The notes under the pieces: generated by a model
Seen by the model: only the letters and a program-made list of their open reading frames with translations
What the model was told of the DNA's origin: nothing
The model's database searches: none
Shown here: positions 1 to 9,036 of the stretch, piece by piece
How positions within the stretch are numbered: the first letter of the stretch is position 1
How the letters are laid out: each line of letters begins with the position of its first letter
Virus record (IMG/VR): IMGVR_UViG_3300031965_000099
Span: 1 to 34,927 of that record
Reading direction: 5' to 3' (one strand)
From: a virus
Taxonomy: Duplodnaviria > Caudoviricetes
Length of the DNA stretch: 34,927 bases
Translations under genes and position numbers: made by a program

Positions 1-469
1 ACGCGCCCGGGGTCACGTTGGTGATCCAGCCGTGGGTGACCGCGGCGTGGGTGAAGTCGGCCTTGGCGTAGCTCGCGAGGTAGCTGACGATGTCGGTCCC
101 GGCCCCGGTGTTGTCGGCGTCGCCGTCATTGGTCTTGGGATAGGTGGCGGCGTGGGCCTTCTGGGTCGCGGCGATCGCGGTGAAGGCGGAGCGGTTGGCG
201 CCCTTGGCCGGGGTCCCGGCCGAGCCCAGCTCGTGGACCCCGAAGGCGTTGGTGGTGACCTCGCCGGCGCCCTTCTGGGCGTAGTAGAGGTCGCCGGCGT
301 CGGTGACGATGTTGGACGCCGGGATGAGCAGCCGGCCCGATGGCCCGGCGAGGACGGCGAGGACGTTGCGGTTGCGCGGGACCCAAGCGTCGAACAGCGG
401 CACGAGGAGTGCCGCCGGGCTCGCGAGGACCCGGTTCCTGAAGCCCGGAAGGGCGTGTCTGATCAGCAT
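1..469 (-). CDS. Putative tail fibre/baseplate-associated protein, 3'-truncated by the window edge
   Basis: Manual translation from ATG 469 (MLIRHALPG...SNIVTDAGDLYYAQKG...), open to position 1; AAGGAG RBS upstream; position at the end of the tail module. Confidence 0.6.
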   Translation of the reverse strand, partial: MLIRHALPGFRNRVLASPAALLVPLFDAWVPRNRNVLAVLAGPSGRLLIPASNIVTDAGDLYYAQKGAGEVTTNAFGVHELGSAGTPAKGANRSAFTAIAATQKAHAATYPKTNDGDADNTGAGTDIVSYLASYAKADFTHAAVTHGWITNVTPGA

Positions 470-470
470 G

Positions 471-620
471 TCATTTCTCCTTTGTCAGGATGATGGTCTC
501 GCGGACCGGCACCCGCGAGCCGGGGCGGCTCGAGCGCCGCACGATGCGCCGGCCGACGGCGAAGACGATGGCAAGCGTCAGGGCGACGCCGGCGAGGAAG
601 GCGAGAACGCTAGCCGTCAT
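471..620 (-). CDS. Small single-TM membrane protein (49 aa)
   Basis: Manual translation MTASVLAFLAGVALTLAIVFAVGRRIVRR...; fills the gap between neighbours and overlaps the upstream stop. Confidence 0.55.
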   Translation of the reverse strand: MTASVLAFLAGVALTLAIVFAVGRRIVRRSSRPGSRVPVRETIILTKEK

Positions 621-1833
621 AGTGGAGCCCCACCACGCCGCCGTCGAAGGCGTCGGTTCCGCCGACGGTCGTGAGCTGAATGCGATCGAGGGTGGCCGAA
701 AGAAGCTTTTGCCCGCCCATGGACATCATCGCGGCAGCGTTGGAAAACCCCAGCGTACTGGTCGCCACCCATCGGTTTGAGCCCACGTGGGTCAGGGTCA
801 CGGCGCCATGAACAAGGGATGTGGACGCCAAGGAATTGACGAGCTGAAAGCCCGTCGTAAAAGTATTGGCCGTGGCGTTGAGCTGTTGGACAGAACCCTG
901 GTAGCCGGTGCTCTCATACCCCCCGGAAGTGCCGATGTGGACCAGCAGATCGTTCGTGCCGGTGGTCGAAACGTTCGACAGGCTGAGGGTGATGGTCTTG
1001 GCCCAGCTCGGGATGCCGCCGAAGGAGATGGCCGTGCCGCTGGTCGAGTTCTGCGGCGTCGCCGTCACCGCCCGGCCGGGGGCGGTTCCGGCGTCGGTGA
1101 GCTGGACCTCGTCGCCGCTCGATTCCTCGCGGAAGTAAAGCTCGGGCTGGCCCGCGGTGTCCCTGGTGTAGAGCGCGCCCTGGCCGGCGGCCGTCGCCGG
1201 CGCCGTCCCCTCCGGCAGGTGAACGCTGTCGATGTAGCCGAGCGCGAACGCGGTGGTCGCGTTGCCGAGGTCCCAGGTCGAGTCGGCGCTCGGCACGATG
1301 TCGGCGTCGACCGGGTCCGACCAGGCGTTGCCGCCGGCCGCGCCCGGCAGGTCGGCGAAGCCGCACTCGCGGAGCCCGTCGACGGCGTCCAGGCACAGGA
1401 AGCTGTCGCCGGCGCCGAACGCGGTGATCGCCGCGTGGCCGGAAATGATGTCGGCGGCGATGCCGGCGGCGCCGAGGGCGAGCTCGGACCGCAGCTCGCT
1501 CTTGACCGTCGCCCAGGTCACGGGCTTCAGGGCCTGGGCGTCGGAGGCGTCGAGCGCTCCCAGCTCGTCCGCGTCGGCGAGGTCGGCGAGCGCCGCCGCC
1601 GCCGTCATCGCGGACCCGACGCTCGAGGCGTCGGTGACGTCCGCCCCGTCGGCGACGTTGAGCACGCCCCGCGCCTCCGCCGCCGTCAACGCCTCGACCT
1701 GCCCGGTGCCGGCGTCGTCGCGGCCGAGGATCGTGTCCTGCGGGATCAGGCCCGGAAAGGTCTGGGCGGTCAGGAGGCCGGTCACCGCCACGACGAAGGC
1801 CAAGGAACCGAGCCCGGCGATCAGGTTTCTCAT
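610..1833 (-). CDS. Tail fibre-like/virion-associated protein with N-terminal signal-peptide-like segment
   Basis: 407 aa ORF, GAGGAG RBS; fibre-like motifs (DIVPSADSTWDLG, GALYTRD...PELYFR) and Ser/Thr-rich beta C-terminal domain. Confidence 0.65.
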   Translation of the reverse strand: MRNLIAGLGSLAFVVAVTGLLTAQTFPGLIPQDTILGRDDAGTGQVEALTAAEARGVLNVADGADVTDASSVGSAMTAAAALADLADADELGALDASDAQALKPVTWATVKSELRSELALGAAGIAADIISGHAAITAFGAGDSFLCLDAVDGLRECGFADLPGAAGGNAWSDPVDADIVPSADSTWDLGNATTAFALGYIDSVHLPEGTAPATAAGQGALYTRDTAGQPELYFREESSGDEVQLTDAGTAPGRAVTATPQNSTSGTAISFGGIPSWAKTITLSLSNVSTTGTNDLLVHIGTSGGYESTGYQGSVQQLNATANTFTTGFQLVNSLASTSLVHGAVTLTHVGSNRWVATSTLGFSNAAAMMSMGGQKLLSATLDRIQLTTVGGTDAFDGGVVGLHYDG

Positions 1834-1843
1834 GTCTCGCTCC

Positions 1844-3199
1844 TCACAAAACGTTCCAGCCCGAGCCGCCGGGATCGGGATGGATGGTCACGGCGCCGCG
1901 GGCGATGCCGATCACCCACGAGGAAAGCCCGTCGATGGTCTCGGCGCCGTCGGGATTGAGGGTGATCGGGTTGGTCGCCGCGTCGCCCTTGGTGTCCTTG
2001 ACCGTGAGCGGGCGCCGGCGCGCCGCCGCCGCCGGCAGGGTGACGCCGGTCGCCGCGCCCGCCGCCTTGTTGACGAGGATCGCGTCGTCGAACTCGCCGA
2101 CCGTGATGTCGCCGGCGCCGGTCACCTCGCGGACGTGGCGCCGGCCGATGACGAGCCGGTCGAAGTCGAGCGCGGTCACGTCGATCGTGCCGCCGGCGGC
2201 CGAGACGCAGTGGAAGAAATAGCCGGCGTTCGAGGTGCCCTCCTGGACCGAGACGATGACGCCGGCGTGGACGTCATAGGTCGCGAACGACGGATCGCGC
2301 GCGGCCGCGCCGGAGGCCGGCACCAGGTAAAAGCCGTTCTGGGCCGGGGCGGTCTGGCCGAGGACGGCGATCCGGTCGCCCTCGGCGCGGACCACCCCGT
2401 CGCTCGATCCGGCCGGCTGGAGGCCGGTCGCGAGGTCGACGTTGGCGAGCTCGGCGAGGCGGCAGACGACGCAGCTCCCGTCGGTCACCGGGCCCGGCTG
2501 GCCCTGCGGGCCGATCTCGCCGTCGACCGAGATATTCCAGTCGGCGTGGGCGGACACGCCAGACCAACGGTCGACATCGAGCGTGAGCGAGACGCCGGAA
2601 TAGGAGGTGACGAGCCCGGTCATGAACATGGTGCCGTCGGCGCTCGCGGCCCTCAGGCGCTGGCCGAGGGTCCAGCCGCGGCCCGACTGGGTGGCGAACA
2701 CCTGGGCCCCGGCGCCGGGCGTGAGGCTCGTGGTCGAGGTCCCGGTGATCTCGAGCACCGCCGGCAGCAGCATCCACTGGGCGGTGTCGCCAGGCGTCGC
2801 ATCGTCGGGCGCGTTGGCCAGATTGGCGTCGATCAGCGAGGCGAACAGGTAGCCGCCTCGCGACACCATGTCGCCGGTCTCGTAGGTGGTGGCGACATCC
2901 CACGCGCCCTGGGCGGTCAGGACCTGGAAATCGCTCTCCTGGGCGAGGCCGATCTGGACCAGGATCTCCTTTGTCCCGGAGGCCGAGATCGTCGTGACCC
3001 TGTAGAGACCGCCGGTGGCGTGGAAGCGGAAGCTGCCGTCGGCGCCCGAGGCGAAGCCGTTCGACAGCGCCGTGGCGCCGCCCCGATCGGCGTAGATCGA
3101 TTTCAGGAGATTGTCGGCCCAGCCCCGCACCTCGACGGTGCCGGTGACGGCATTGCCGGCGGTGTCCTGGATCTGCCCCTCGTAAAAGCCGAGCGCCAT
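1844..3199 (-). CDS. Tail fibre / receptor-binding protein
   Basis: Multi-domain: W-x4-Y-x2-GD-x-V carbohydrate-binding-like motif, short GPQGQPGP collagen-like hinge, DGV..EGDRI.V.GQT...NGFY fibre domain, VTLPAA...TVKD..G.A..NPIT..ETIDG C-terminal domain. Confidence 0.7.
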   Translation of the reverse strand: MALGFYEGQIQDTAGNAVTGTVEVRGWADNLLKSIYADRGGATALSNGFASGADGSFRFHATGGLYRVTTISASGTKEILVQIGLAQESDFQVLTAQGAWDVATTYETGDMVSRGGYLFASLIDANLANAPDDATPGDTAQWMLLPAVLEITGTSTTSLTPGAGAQVFATQSGRGWTLGQRLRAASADGTMFMTGLVTSYSGVSLTLDVDRWSGVSAHADWNISVDGEIGPQGQPGPVTDGSCVVCRLAELANVDLATGLQPAGSSDGVVRAEGDRIAVLGQTAPAQNGFYLVPASGAAARDPSFATYDVHAGVIVSVQEGTSNAGYFFHCVSAAGGTIDVTALDFDRLVIGRRHVREVTGAGDITVGEFDDAILVNKAAGAATGVTLPAAAARRRPLTVKDTKGDAATNPITLNPDGAETIDGLSSWVIGIARGAVTIHPDPGGSGWNVL

Positions 3200-3558
3200 C
3201 ACTCAACGTCCTCGACGCGGCGCCCGGCGCCGTTCGGCTGGATGCGCGCGCGGCCAATCGTCGGGCCGCCGACCGAAGGCCGGTCGTCGGCGGCGATCTG
3301 GGCCGCGCGCTCGGCGAACACGTGATTGCGGACGCTTTCGATCACCCCATAGACCGAGGTGACCGCGCGGCCGGTGTTGAGGCCCATGGTGACCGCCGCG
3401 TTGATCGAGCAGCGCCAGGTCTCGGCCGGCTCGCCGGTCTCGGTGAGGGTCGGGATCGGGTTCCAAAACGCACAGGCGTGGCAGACCTTCGAGACGTCCC
3501 GTTTCATCAGCGGACACCTCAGACCAGGGCGGGCGCGGGGTCGGTCGGCTTCCATCAT
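3199..3558 (-). CDS. Cys-rich hypothetical protein (possible fibre assembly or metal-binding protein)
   Basis: CPL...C-x2-C...WRC motif; TGATG coupling to neighbours; the ORF track start at 3573 is an alternative. Confidence 0.6.
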   Translation of the reverse strand: MMEADRPRARPGLRCPLMKRDVSKVCHACAFWNPIPTLTETGEPAETWRCSINAAVTMGLNTGRAVTSVYGVIESVRNHVFAERAAQIAADDRPSVGGPTIGRARIQPNGAGRRVEDVE

Positions 3559-4022
3559 CAGTCCTTCCGGCACCGGATCATGCCGATGTAGCGGACCCGG
3601 AGATCGATGCCGTGACCGTGGGCCTGCCCGCCGCCGGCGCTCTTGGTCGCCGGCGCGTCACCAAAGGAAAAGTCGTTACCATAAGACAGGTATCCGCCGC
3701 CAAATGAGGAAGGGACCCGGCCGGAATTGGAATTGTGGGCATGAGGCGCCAACTGCGCCACCGTCAGCGCATGCCCGTCGGTCGCGGTGCGGCCGAACGC
3801 GACCGAGAAATCGACCGAGCCGCCGTCCGACGGCGCCCCGGAGAAAATCCGGATCGCCCGGTTGTCGATGTCGACGAGCTTGGTCCAGCCGAGCGGCGCC
3901 GCCGCCTGGTGGAAGACCGTGGTCGCGCCGGTCTCGATCCCGCCGTTGCGCATGCGGAACATCAGCGAGGAGGTGATCGGCGAGTCGGGCTGGAGCTCGG
4001 TATCGGTGATCGACCAGGCCAT
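3558..4022 (-). CDS. Tail collar-like / short fibre protein
   Basis: FHQAAAPLGWTK and GHALTVAQLAPHAH...GGGQAHGH motifs typical of phage tail-collar proteins. Confidence 0.7.
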   Translation of the reverse strand: MAWSITDTELQPDSPITSSLMFRMRNGGIETGATTVFHQAAAPLGWTKLVDIDNRAIRIFSGAPSDGGSVDFSVAFGRTATDGHALTVAQLAPHAHNSNSGRVPSSFGGGYLSYGNDFSFGDAPATKSAGGGQAHGHGIDLRVRYIGMIRCRKD

Positions 4023-4032
4023 CGGCGCGCCT

Positions 4033-5814
4033 TCAGATGATCCGGTAGGCCGGCGAGCCGTCGCTCATCTGGCCGGCGTTGTCGGAGATCCAGGCGCCCG
4101 AGGCCCGCTCCGCCTCGCTCGCGAGGTCGAAGGTCGGCGCCGCGTCATCGACGATGAAGGCGCGCCGCTCGTCGTCGGCGAAGGCGAACACCACCGCCTC
4201 GTATTCGGCGCGGTGTCCCGGCCTCGTCTCCTCGGCCTCGATGATCTGGAGACGGGTCGTGACCTCGGCGCCGGTGTCGTCCTGGATCGACCGGTGGCTG
4301 AAATCGACGATGTCGCCGGTCCAGATCGCGCGGTCCTTGGCGTCGAGCGCGAACGCGATATCGCGTGGCGCGTCGCGGAACCGGGCGAGGAGGCGAAACC
4401 CGAGGACGCTCGCCTCGGCCGCCTGGCTCGCGGTCAGCCACGGCGCGAAAATGGTCCGCACCCGCTCGTCGCCGTATTGGTCGGCCGCCTCGGCGGCGGC
4501 ATCCCGCGCGACCTGGAGCCGGCCGTAGTTCGAGGGCTCCTCGACGCCGACCAGCGGGTTGAACGGGTCGTAATAGACATGGACCTGGGTGAGGCGCTGG
4601 CGCGGATCGGGCACCACGTCGACCGAGTCGGCGAGGATGTTCCCCTCCCCGGTGAGCGCGGCCACCACGTCGTCGCCCGGAAGCGGCGGCCGGAGCGCGC
4701 GGTATTTCACCTCCTGCCCCCGCTCGTCCCACCAGATGAAGGTGAAGGTCTCCTCGAGGATCTCGCCGATCAGCCGGTCGACCGGGGTCGGATCGTAAAT
4801 CTCGCGGCTGAGCAGAGTGCCGCCCTGCCAGGTCGTCGCCTCGGCCTGCCAGTCGGTGATGGGGATCAGCGCCGAGGCCATTCCGGCATGGGCGGTCAGA
4901 AGATCGTTGATCACGGCGTCGACCCGGACGGCGGCATAGACCAGCGCGACCTGGAACGCATCGCCGGTCGAATGCGAGGCGGCCTCGGTGCCGCGCCGGC
5001 CGCGCGCCGTCAGGGTGACGGCGTCGGCGGAGCGGGTGAAGGCGACGCTCTCCGAGCCGATCCGGCCGATCCCGCTCGCCGGATATTCCGCCTCGCCGAC
5101 CCCCGCCGGCTGGAGGGAGAAGGAGGTCGCGACCTCGTCGATGTCGCCGGCGAGCGATCCGGTGTTGGCCGCCGGCGCCACGGCGCGGCCGGCCTCGGCG
5201 AGCGCCAGCGGATCGCGGGCGACGACGCGCACCATGCCGTCCCGGTCCGGCCCCTCGATCCGGTCGATGACGTAGTGGCGGGTGGTCATGGCGGCCAGCG
5301 CCTCGCCGGCGTAGCCGTCGAGGACCCGCATCGCCCGCCCGTTGTGGTAGGGATTCCTCGCCAGCCACTTGCCCCAGAAGCTGCCGCGCGTCGCGGCGTT
5401 CGGATACCAGCTCCGCTCGGTCCGGTACTTGTCGACGATGATGTCAGGTCCGGGATGATCGGCCAGCGTCACCGTCACCTCGGCGCGCCGGCCGAGCGGG
5501 CCGTAGTCGGTGTCGCCGGTGACGGTGTTGATCCGCGTCGGCCGGGTCGTGACCTCCATGACCGACGGGACCATGGTGATCGACCGATCGGCGAGGAGCG
5601 CGGTCGCGGTCGCGAACCGCAGGGTGAGCGCGGCCGGGTTGTAGTTCTCCGGGTCCTGGCAGGTTTTGCGGGTGTTGAAGCACTTGATGAGGCCGGTGGT
5701 CCCCAGCACCGCGGCGCAGGGCGCGACGCCATAGACCTCCTGGCAGAAGTCCTGGTCGATCTCGACGACGGTGACCGGCTCGCGGCCCGGCTGTCTGTTG
5801 GCGGGGAGCGGCAT
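4033..5814 (-). CDS. Tail tip / baseplate hub protein
   Basis: 593 aa from ATG 5814; N-terminal DFC..YG..PC.A...CFNT..TC cysteine cluster, RG..GT.A..H motif; second gene after the tape measure. Confidence 0.7.
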   Translation of the reverse strand: MPLPANRQPGREPVTVVEIDQDFCQEVYGVAPCAAVLGTTGLIKCFNTRKTCQDPENYNPAALTLRFATATALLADRSITMVPSVMEVTTRPTRINTVTGDTDYGPLGRRAEVTVTLADHPGPDIIVDKYRTERSWYPNAATRGSFWGKWLARNPYHNGRAMRVLDGYAGEALAAMTTRHYVIDRIEGPDRDGMVRVVARDPLALAEAGRAVAPAANTGSLAGDIDEVATSFSLQPAGVGEAEYPASGIGRIGSESVAFTRSADAVTLTARGRRGTEAASHSTGDAFQVALVYAAVRVDAVINDLLTAHAGMASALIPITDWQAEATTWQGGTLLSREIYDPTPVDRLIGEILEETFTFIWWDERGQEVKYRALRPPLPGDDVVAALTGEGNILADSVDVVPDPRQRLTQVHVYYDPFNPLVGVEEPSNYGRLQVARDAAAEAADQYGDERVRTIFAPWLTASQAAEASVLGFRLLARFRDAPRDIAFALDAKDRAIWTGDIVDFSHRSIQDDTGAEVTTRLQIIEAEETRPGHRAEYEAVVFAFADDERRAFIVDDAAPTFDLASEAERASGAWISDNAGQMSDGSPAYRII

Positions 5815-6626
5815 CAGTCGAGCAGCCCCTCGACGTCGAAGGCGACATTGAGATCGCCCGGCAGGCCCGCGTGGGCGGGCGTCACGTCGGCGCCCGCCCA
5901 CACATAGGCGACCTCGGCCGGCCACTCGTCGGCGTTCCAGGCCCAGCCGAACGGGCCGACGGCGCGGGCATGGTCGACGAACGCCTGGAACTCGTCGCGG
6001 ACGAAGCTCGCCGCGAGCGGGCCGAAGGTGATGTTGGTCGCCACCCCCTCGCGGAGGACCGAGCGGCCGAGGAACTGGCCGGTGCCGGACACGCTGGTCT
6101 CGTGCCGGGTGCGGCGCTGGAGGGTGATCGGCCCGTGGTCGCGGGTGACGCCGACCGGCATCGCCAGCGCCTTGCCGAGCTGGACGACCCCGATCGAGGG
6201 GACCGTGGCGCCGGTGAGCCGGACGCGGAATTTCGTATCGGTCACCTCGTCGAACAGGACCACGAGGACCCGGTCGTTGCCGGGCAGGACCTGATGGATT
6301 TCGGTCCAGAGGCCCCCGTCCCAGTGCTCGAGGACCACCGTCGCCTGCTCGGTGCCGAGGGTGTGGGCGGCGAGAAGCAGGTAGTCGGCGGGCGCCGCCT
6401 GGGCGAGCTCGACCTCGAGGCTCGCCGGCATCGCGTCGGCGCGCCAGAAGTTCCAGGTCGCCGGATCGAGGGTTGCGTTGTCGGCGGTGAACTCGGCCGA
6501 GGCCTCGCCCGACGCCGTCACCGTCCCGGTCCGGTAGTGGCTCTCGTACATCAGCCGCGGGTTCCTCAGCGGCACCGCGAGCTGGACGGCGCCGGTGATG
6601 ATGTTCGAGGTGATCACGACCGCCAT
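5814..6626 (-). CDS. Distal tail protein-like
   Basis: Start MAVVITSN just after the TMP stop; position and beta-rich composition. Confidence 0.6.
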   Translation of the reverse strand: MAVVITSNIITGAVQLAVPLRNPRLMYESHYRTGTVTASGEASAEFTADNATLDPATWNFWRADAMPASLEVELAQAAPADYLLLAAHTLGTEQATVVLEHWDGGLWTEIHQVLPGNDRVLVVLFDEVTDTKFRVRLTGATVPSIGVVQLGKALAMPVGVTRDHGPITLQRRTRHETSVSGTGQFLGRSVLREGVATNITFGPLAASFVRDEFQAFVDHARAVGPFGWAWNADEWPAEVAYVWAGADVTPAHAGLPGDLNVAFDVEGLLD

Positions 6627-6627
6627 G

Positions 6628-8352
6628 TCAGCGCCCGCGCTCGACGGCGAGCCTGAGGCCGCGGAGCCTCGCCTCGTTCGACAGCTCTTTGAACAGCCGC
6701 GAGACCTCGCGGCCCGAATAGCGCGCCTCGGGACGGATGTCCGGCAGGCGGATGACGATCTGCTCGTCGGCGCCGCCCTGGTCGTAGCCGGCGGCGAAGG
6801 CGCCGGGTCCGCCGCCCCAGATCGGCTCGGGCCCGCGCTCGCCGGCGATGTACCACTTGCCCTTCTGGAGCGGCCCGCCCTCGGCGAAGAAACCGCCGAA
6901 CAGGTTCCCGATGCCGCCAAGGAAGCTGCCGAAAAGTCCACCGCCGACACCGCCGGATGCAAAGTTGATCAGGAGCTCGAAGCCTTTCTGGGCGACGAGC
7001 CTGATCAGCGCCTTACCGAGCTCCTTGACCGCGTCGATCGCGTTGAAGCTGCCCTCGACGAGCTGGTCGACCATGCGCCCGAACGCGCTCTCGATGGTCT
7101 GGCCAACGCCCTGAGCCACCTTGCCAAGCGCATCGAAAGCCGAGCCCGCCGCCGCCGTCATGGCTCGCGCGCTCGTCGGCATCGACTGACCGAGCCGGCC
7201 CATCCAGGCCTCGACGCCGGTCACGAGGTCGGGGATGAACGATCCGCCGACGACGGCCTGGTACAGATCGGCGAAAGCACCGGTGACCCTCCCAACGGCG
7301 CCAACGACGGTGTCGATGATCGGCCCCAGTTTATCGACGAGCCAAGTCTTGATGCCGTCGTAAAGCTGCTTCACCCAGCCGATGGCGGTCTCGATCTCCG
7401 GCCAGAACGCCGCGATGCCTGCGGCCAGCCCTGCGATCCCGGCGACCGCCAGCGCGACCGGCGCGCCGATGGCGGCGATGCCCGCAACGAAGAGACCGAG
7501 GGCACCGAGGATAGGGCCCACAACGGCCGTAAGCCCGGCGATGGTCACTCCCCACGAGAGGGTGTCCTTGTCCACCGACTGGAGCCACTTCACGAGGTCG
7601 TTGAGCATGGCGACGAGCGGCGGTAGCAGTTCGGCGACGACCTCCCCGATCCGCTCCTGGAAGTCGCCCCACGCATTGTTGAGTTGAGCGAGCCCACCCG
7701 ACGCGGTCCGCGCCGCGGCCTCGGCCTGCCCGCCATATTGCCGCTCCAGCTCCGCGAGAATGATTGCCTGCGCGCCAGCGACATCGCCGGCCTCGGTCAT
7801 AGCGCGGATCTGCTCCTTCTGCTGCTCGGTGAAGGCGACGCCAACGCGGGTCATGGCAGTGAGGCCGGTGATCGGATCGTTGAGCGCCTTGCCGAGCATG
7901 ATCGCGGACGACTGGAGGTCCTGCCCGAGCCGCGCCGACAGATCGAGCGCGAGAGCCTGCGCCCGGCTGAACACATCACCCTGGACCCGCCCGAACGTGA
8001 GCAGGTTGGCGGTGACCTTGTTGAGGATGTCCTCATCGCCGAACGTTGTCGCCGCCTGGAGCTGAGAGGCCATGTCCTGAAGCTGCTCCGAGGTGAAGCC
8101 TGCAACCGGTCCCATGGATTTCAGCGCGGCTTCGACGCCGGCGATCGCGTCCTGCTGGCGCCCAAAGGCACGGAACGACGCGACACCGAAGGCGCTGATG
8201 GGAGCGGTCAGGGCGGCAGTGGCGATCGCTCCCGCCCGCTGCATTTTCCGCCCCACGTCGGCCGCCACCTGGCGCGCCCGGGCAAGTCCGCTGGTGAGGC
8301 GGCTATCATCGGTGGTGAGGTCGAGGACCGCCTCGCCGAGACGTTCAGCCAT
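6628..8352 (-). CDS. Tail tape measure protein
   Basis: 574 aa, Ala/Gly-rich; LGKALNDP..G.TA.TRVG..FT..QK..I motif of lambda-type TMPs; C-terminal FA.GG...YI.GE.GPE. Confidence 0.9.
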   Translation of the reverse strand: MAERLGEAVLDLTTDDSRLTSGLARARQVAADVGRKMQRAGAIATAALTAPISAFGVASFRAFGRQQDAIAGVEAALKSMGPVAGFTSEQLQDMASQLQAATTFGDEDILNKVTANLLTFGRVQGDVFSRAQALALDLSARLGQDLQSSAIMLGKALNDPITGLTAMTRVGVAFTEQQKEQIRAMTEAGDVAGAQAIILAELERQYGGQAEAAARTASGGLAQLNNAWGDFQERIGEVVAELLPPLVAMLNDLVKWLQSVDKDTLSWGVTIAGLTAVVGPILGALGLFVAGIAAIGAPVALAVAGIAGLAAGIAAFWPEIETAIGWVKQLYDGIKTWLVDKLGPIIDTVVGAVGRVTGAFADLYQAVVGGSFIPDLVTGVEAWMGRLGQSMPTSARAMTAAAGSAFDALGKVAQGVGQTIESAFGRMVDQLVEGSFNAIDAVKELGKALIRLVAQKGFELLINFASGGVGGGLFGSFLGGIGNLFGGFFAEGGPLQKGKWYIAGERGPEPIWGGGPGAFAAGYDQGGADEQIVIRLPDIRPEARYSGREVSRLFKELSNEARLRGLRLAVERGR

Positions 8353-8740
8353 GGCTCGCCTCCCCGTCGCGCCCCGCTGGCGGGACGACCTCGACGGCGA
8401 TGCCCATCATGGCGAGCGCAAGCGGGTCCGCCGGCGGCGCGCGGCGGCCGCCGGCGCGCGCGATCAGCTCGCGCATGAGCCGCTGGCGATCGCCGCGCTT
8501 GAGCGAGCCGGAGCCGAGCGCGACCGCATTAGAGGTCTCCAGCATTTCCTCCGCCGTGAGCCGCGGCATCATTTCGGCGTAGACGCGGACGAGCGCGAGG
8601 GGCGCCTCCGCGAGCCAGAAATTGGCGTCGGCGCCGTAGAACCGTTGGAGGCGGGCAGCGGTCTGCCACCAGTCGACGTCGCGATCGCGCTCCCGCCGTC
8701 CGCCTCCTTCGCGGCCGGCAGGAGCGTCGTAAAAACCCCC
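8345..8740 (-). CDS. Tail assembly chaperone GT extension (reached by -1 frameshift)
   Basis: The -1 frame from GGGGGTTTTT (8740-8731) reads GFYDAP...DWWQTAARLQRFYG...WLAEAP...YAEMMPRL with no stop until 8345. Confidence 0.75.
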   Translation of the reverse strand, partial: GGFYDAPAGREGGGRRERDRDVDWWQTAARLQRFYGADANFWLAEAPLALVRVYAEMMPRLTAEEMLETSNAVALGSGSLKRGDRQRLMRELIARAGGRRAPPADPLALAMMGIAVEVVPPAGRDGEASHG

Positions 8741-9036
8741 ATGATCCGCATGCGCTGGGCAGCGCTGAGGCGCGCCCGGACTTCGGCGGGCAGCGGCTCC
8801 AAGATCCGATCGGTGATGCTCGTGAGAAGGCTTTCCATCTCCTCGCTATCCTGATCGCCGCCCCCATCCGCAGCCGCCAGTTCGGCAAGGCGCTGTCCCA
8901 TCCGCAGCAAGCGGTTGGCATCGATGATCGTGATTTCGTCCGGTGAGAGGATGTCGTAGAGCTCGCCGTCGATGCGGATCGACGGCCGCTCTACCTGCGC
9001 GGTCAGATCGAGGAGCGGTGCGTTTCTGTCGGCCAT
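8569..9036 (-). CDS. Tail assembly chaperone G
   Basis: 155 aa between tail tube and TMP; contains the slippery sequence; AAGGAG RBS. Confidence 0.75.
   Translation of the reverse strand: MADRNAPLLDLTAQVERPSIRIDGELYDILSPDEITIIDANRLLRMGQRLAELAAADGGGDQDSEEMESLLTSITDRILEPLPAEVRARLSAAQRMRIMGVFTTLLPAAKEADGGSAIATSTGGRPLPASNGSTAPTPISGSRRRPSRSSASTPK

Noticed and set aside
610-4022. Diversity-generating retroelement or invertible fibre cassette
   Set aside because: No reverse transcriptase, TR/VR pair, invertase or inverted recombination sites seen in the window
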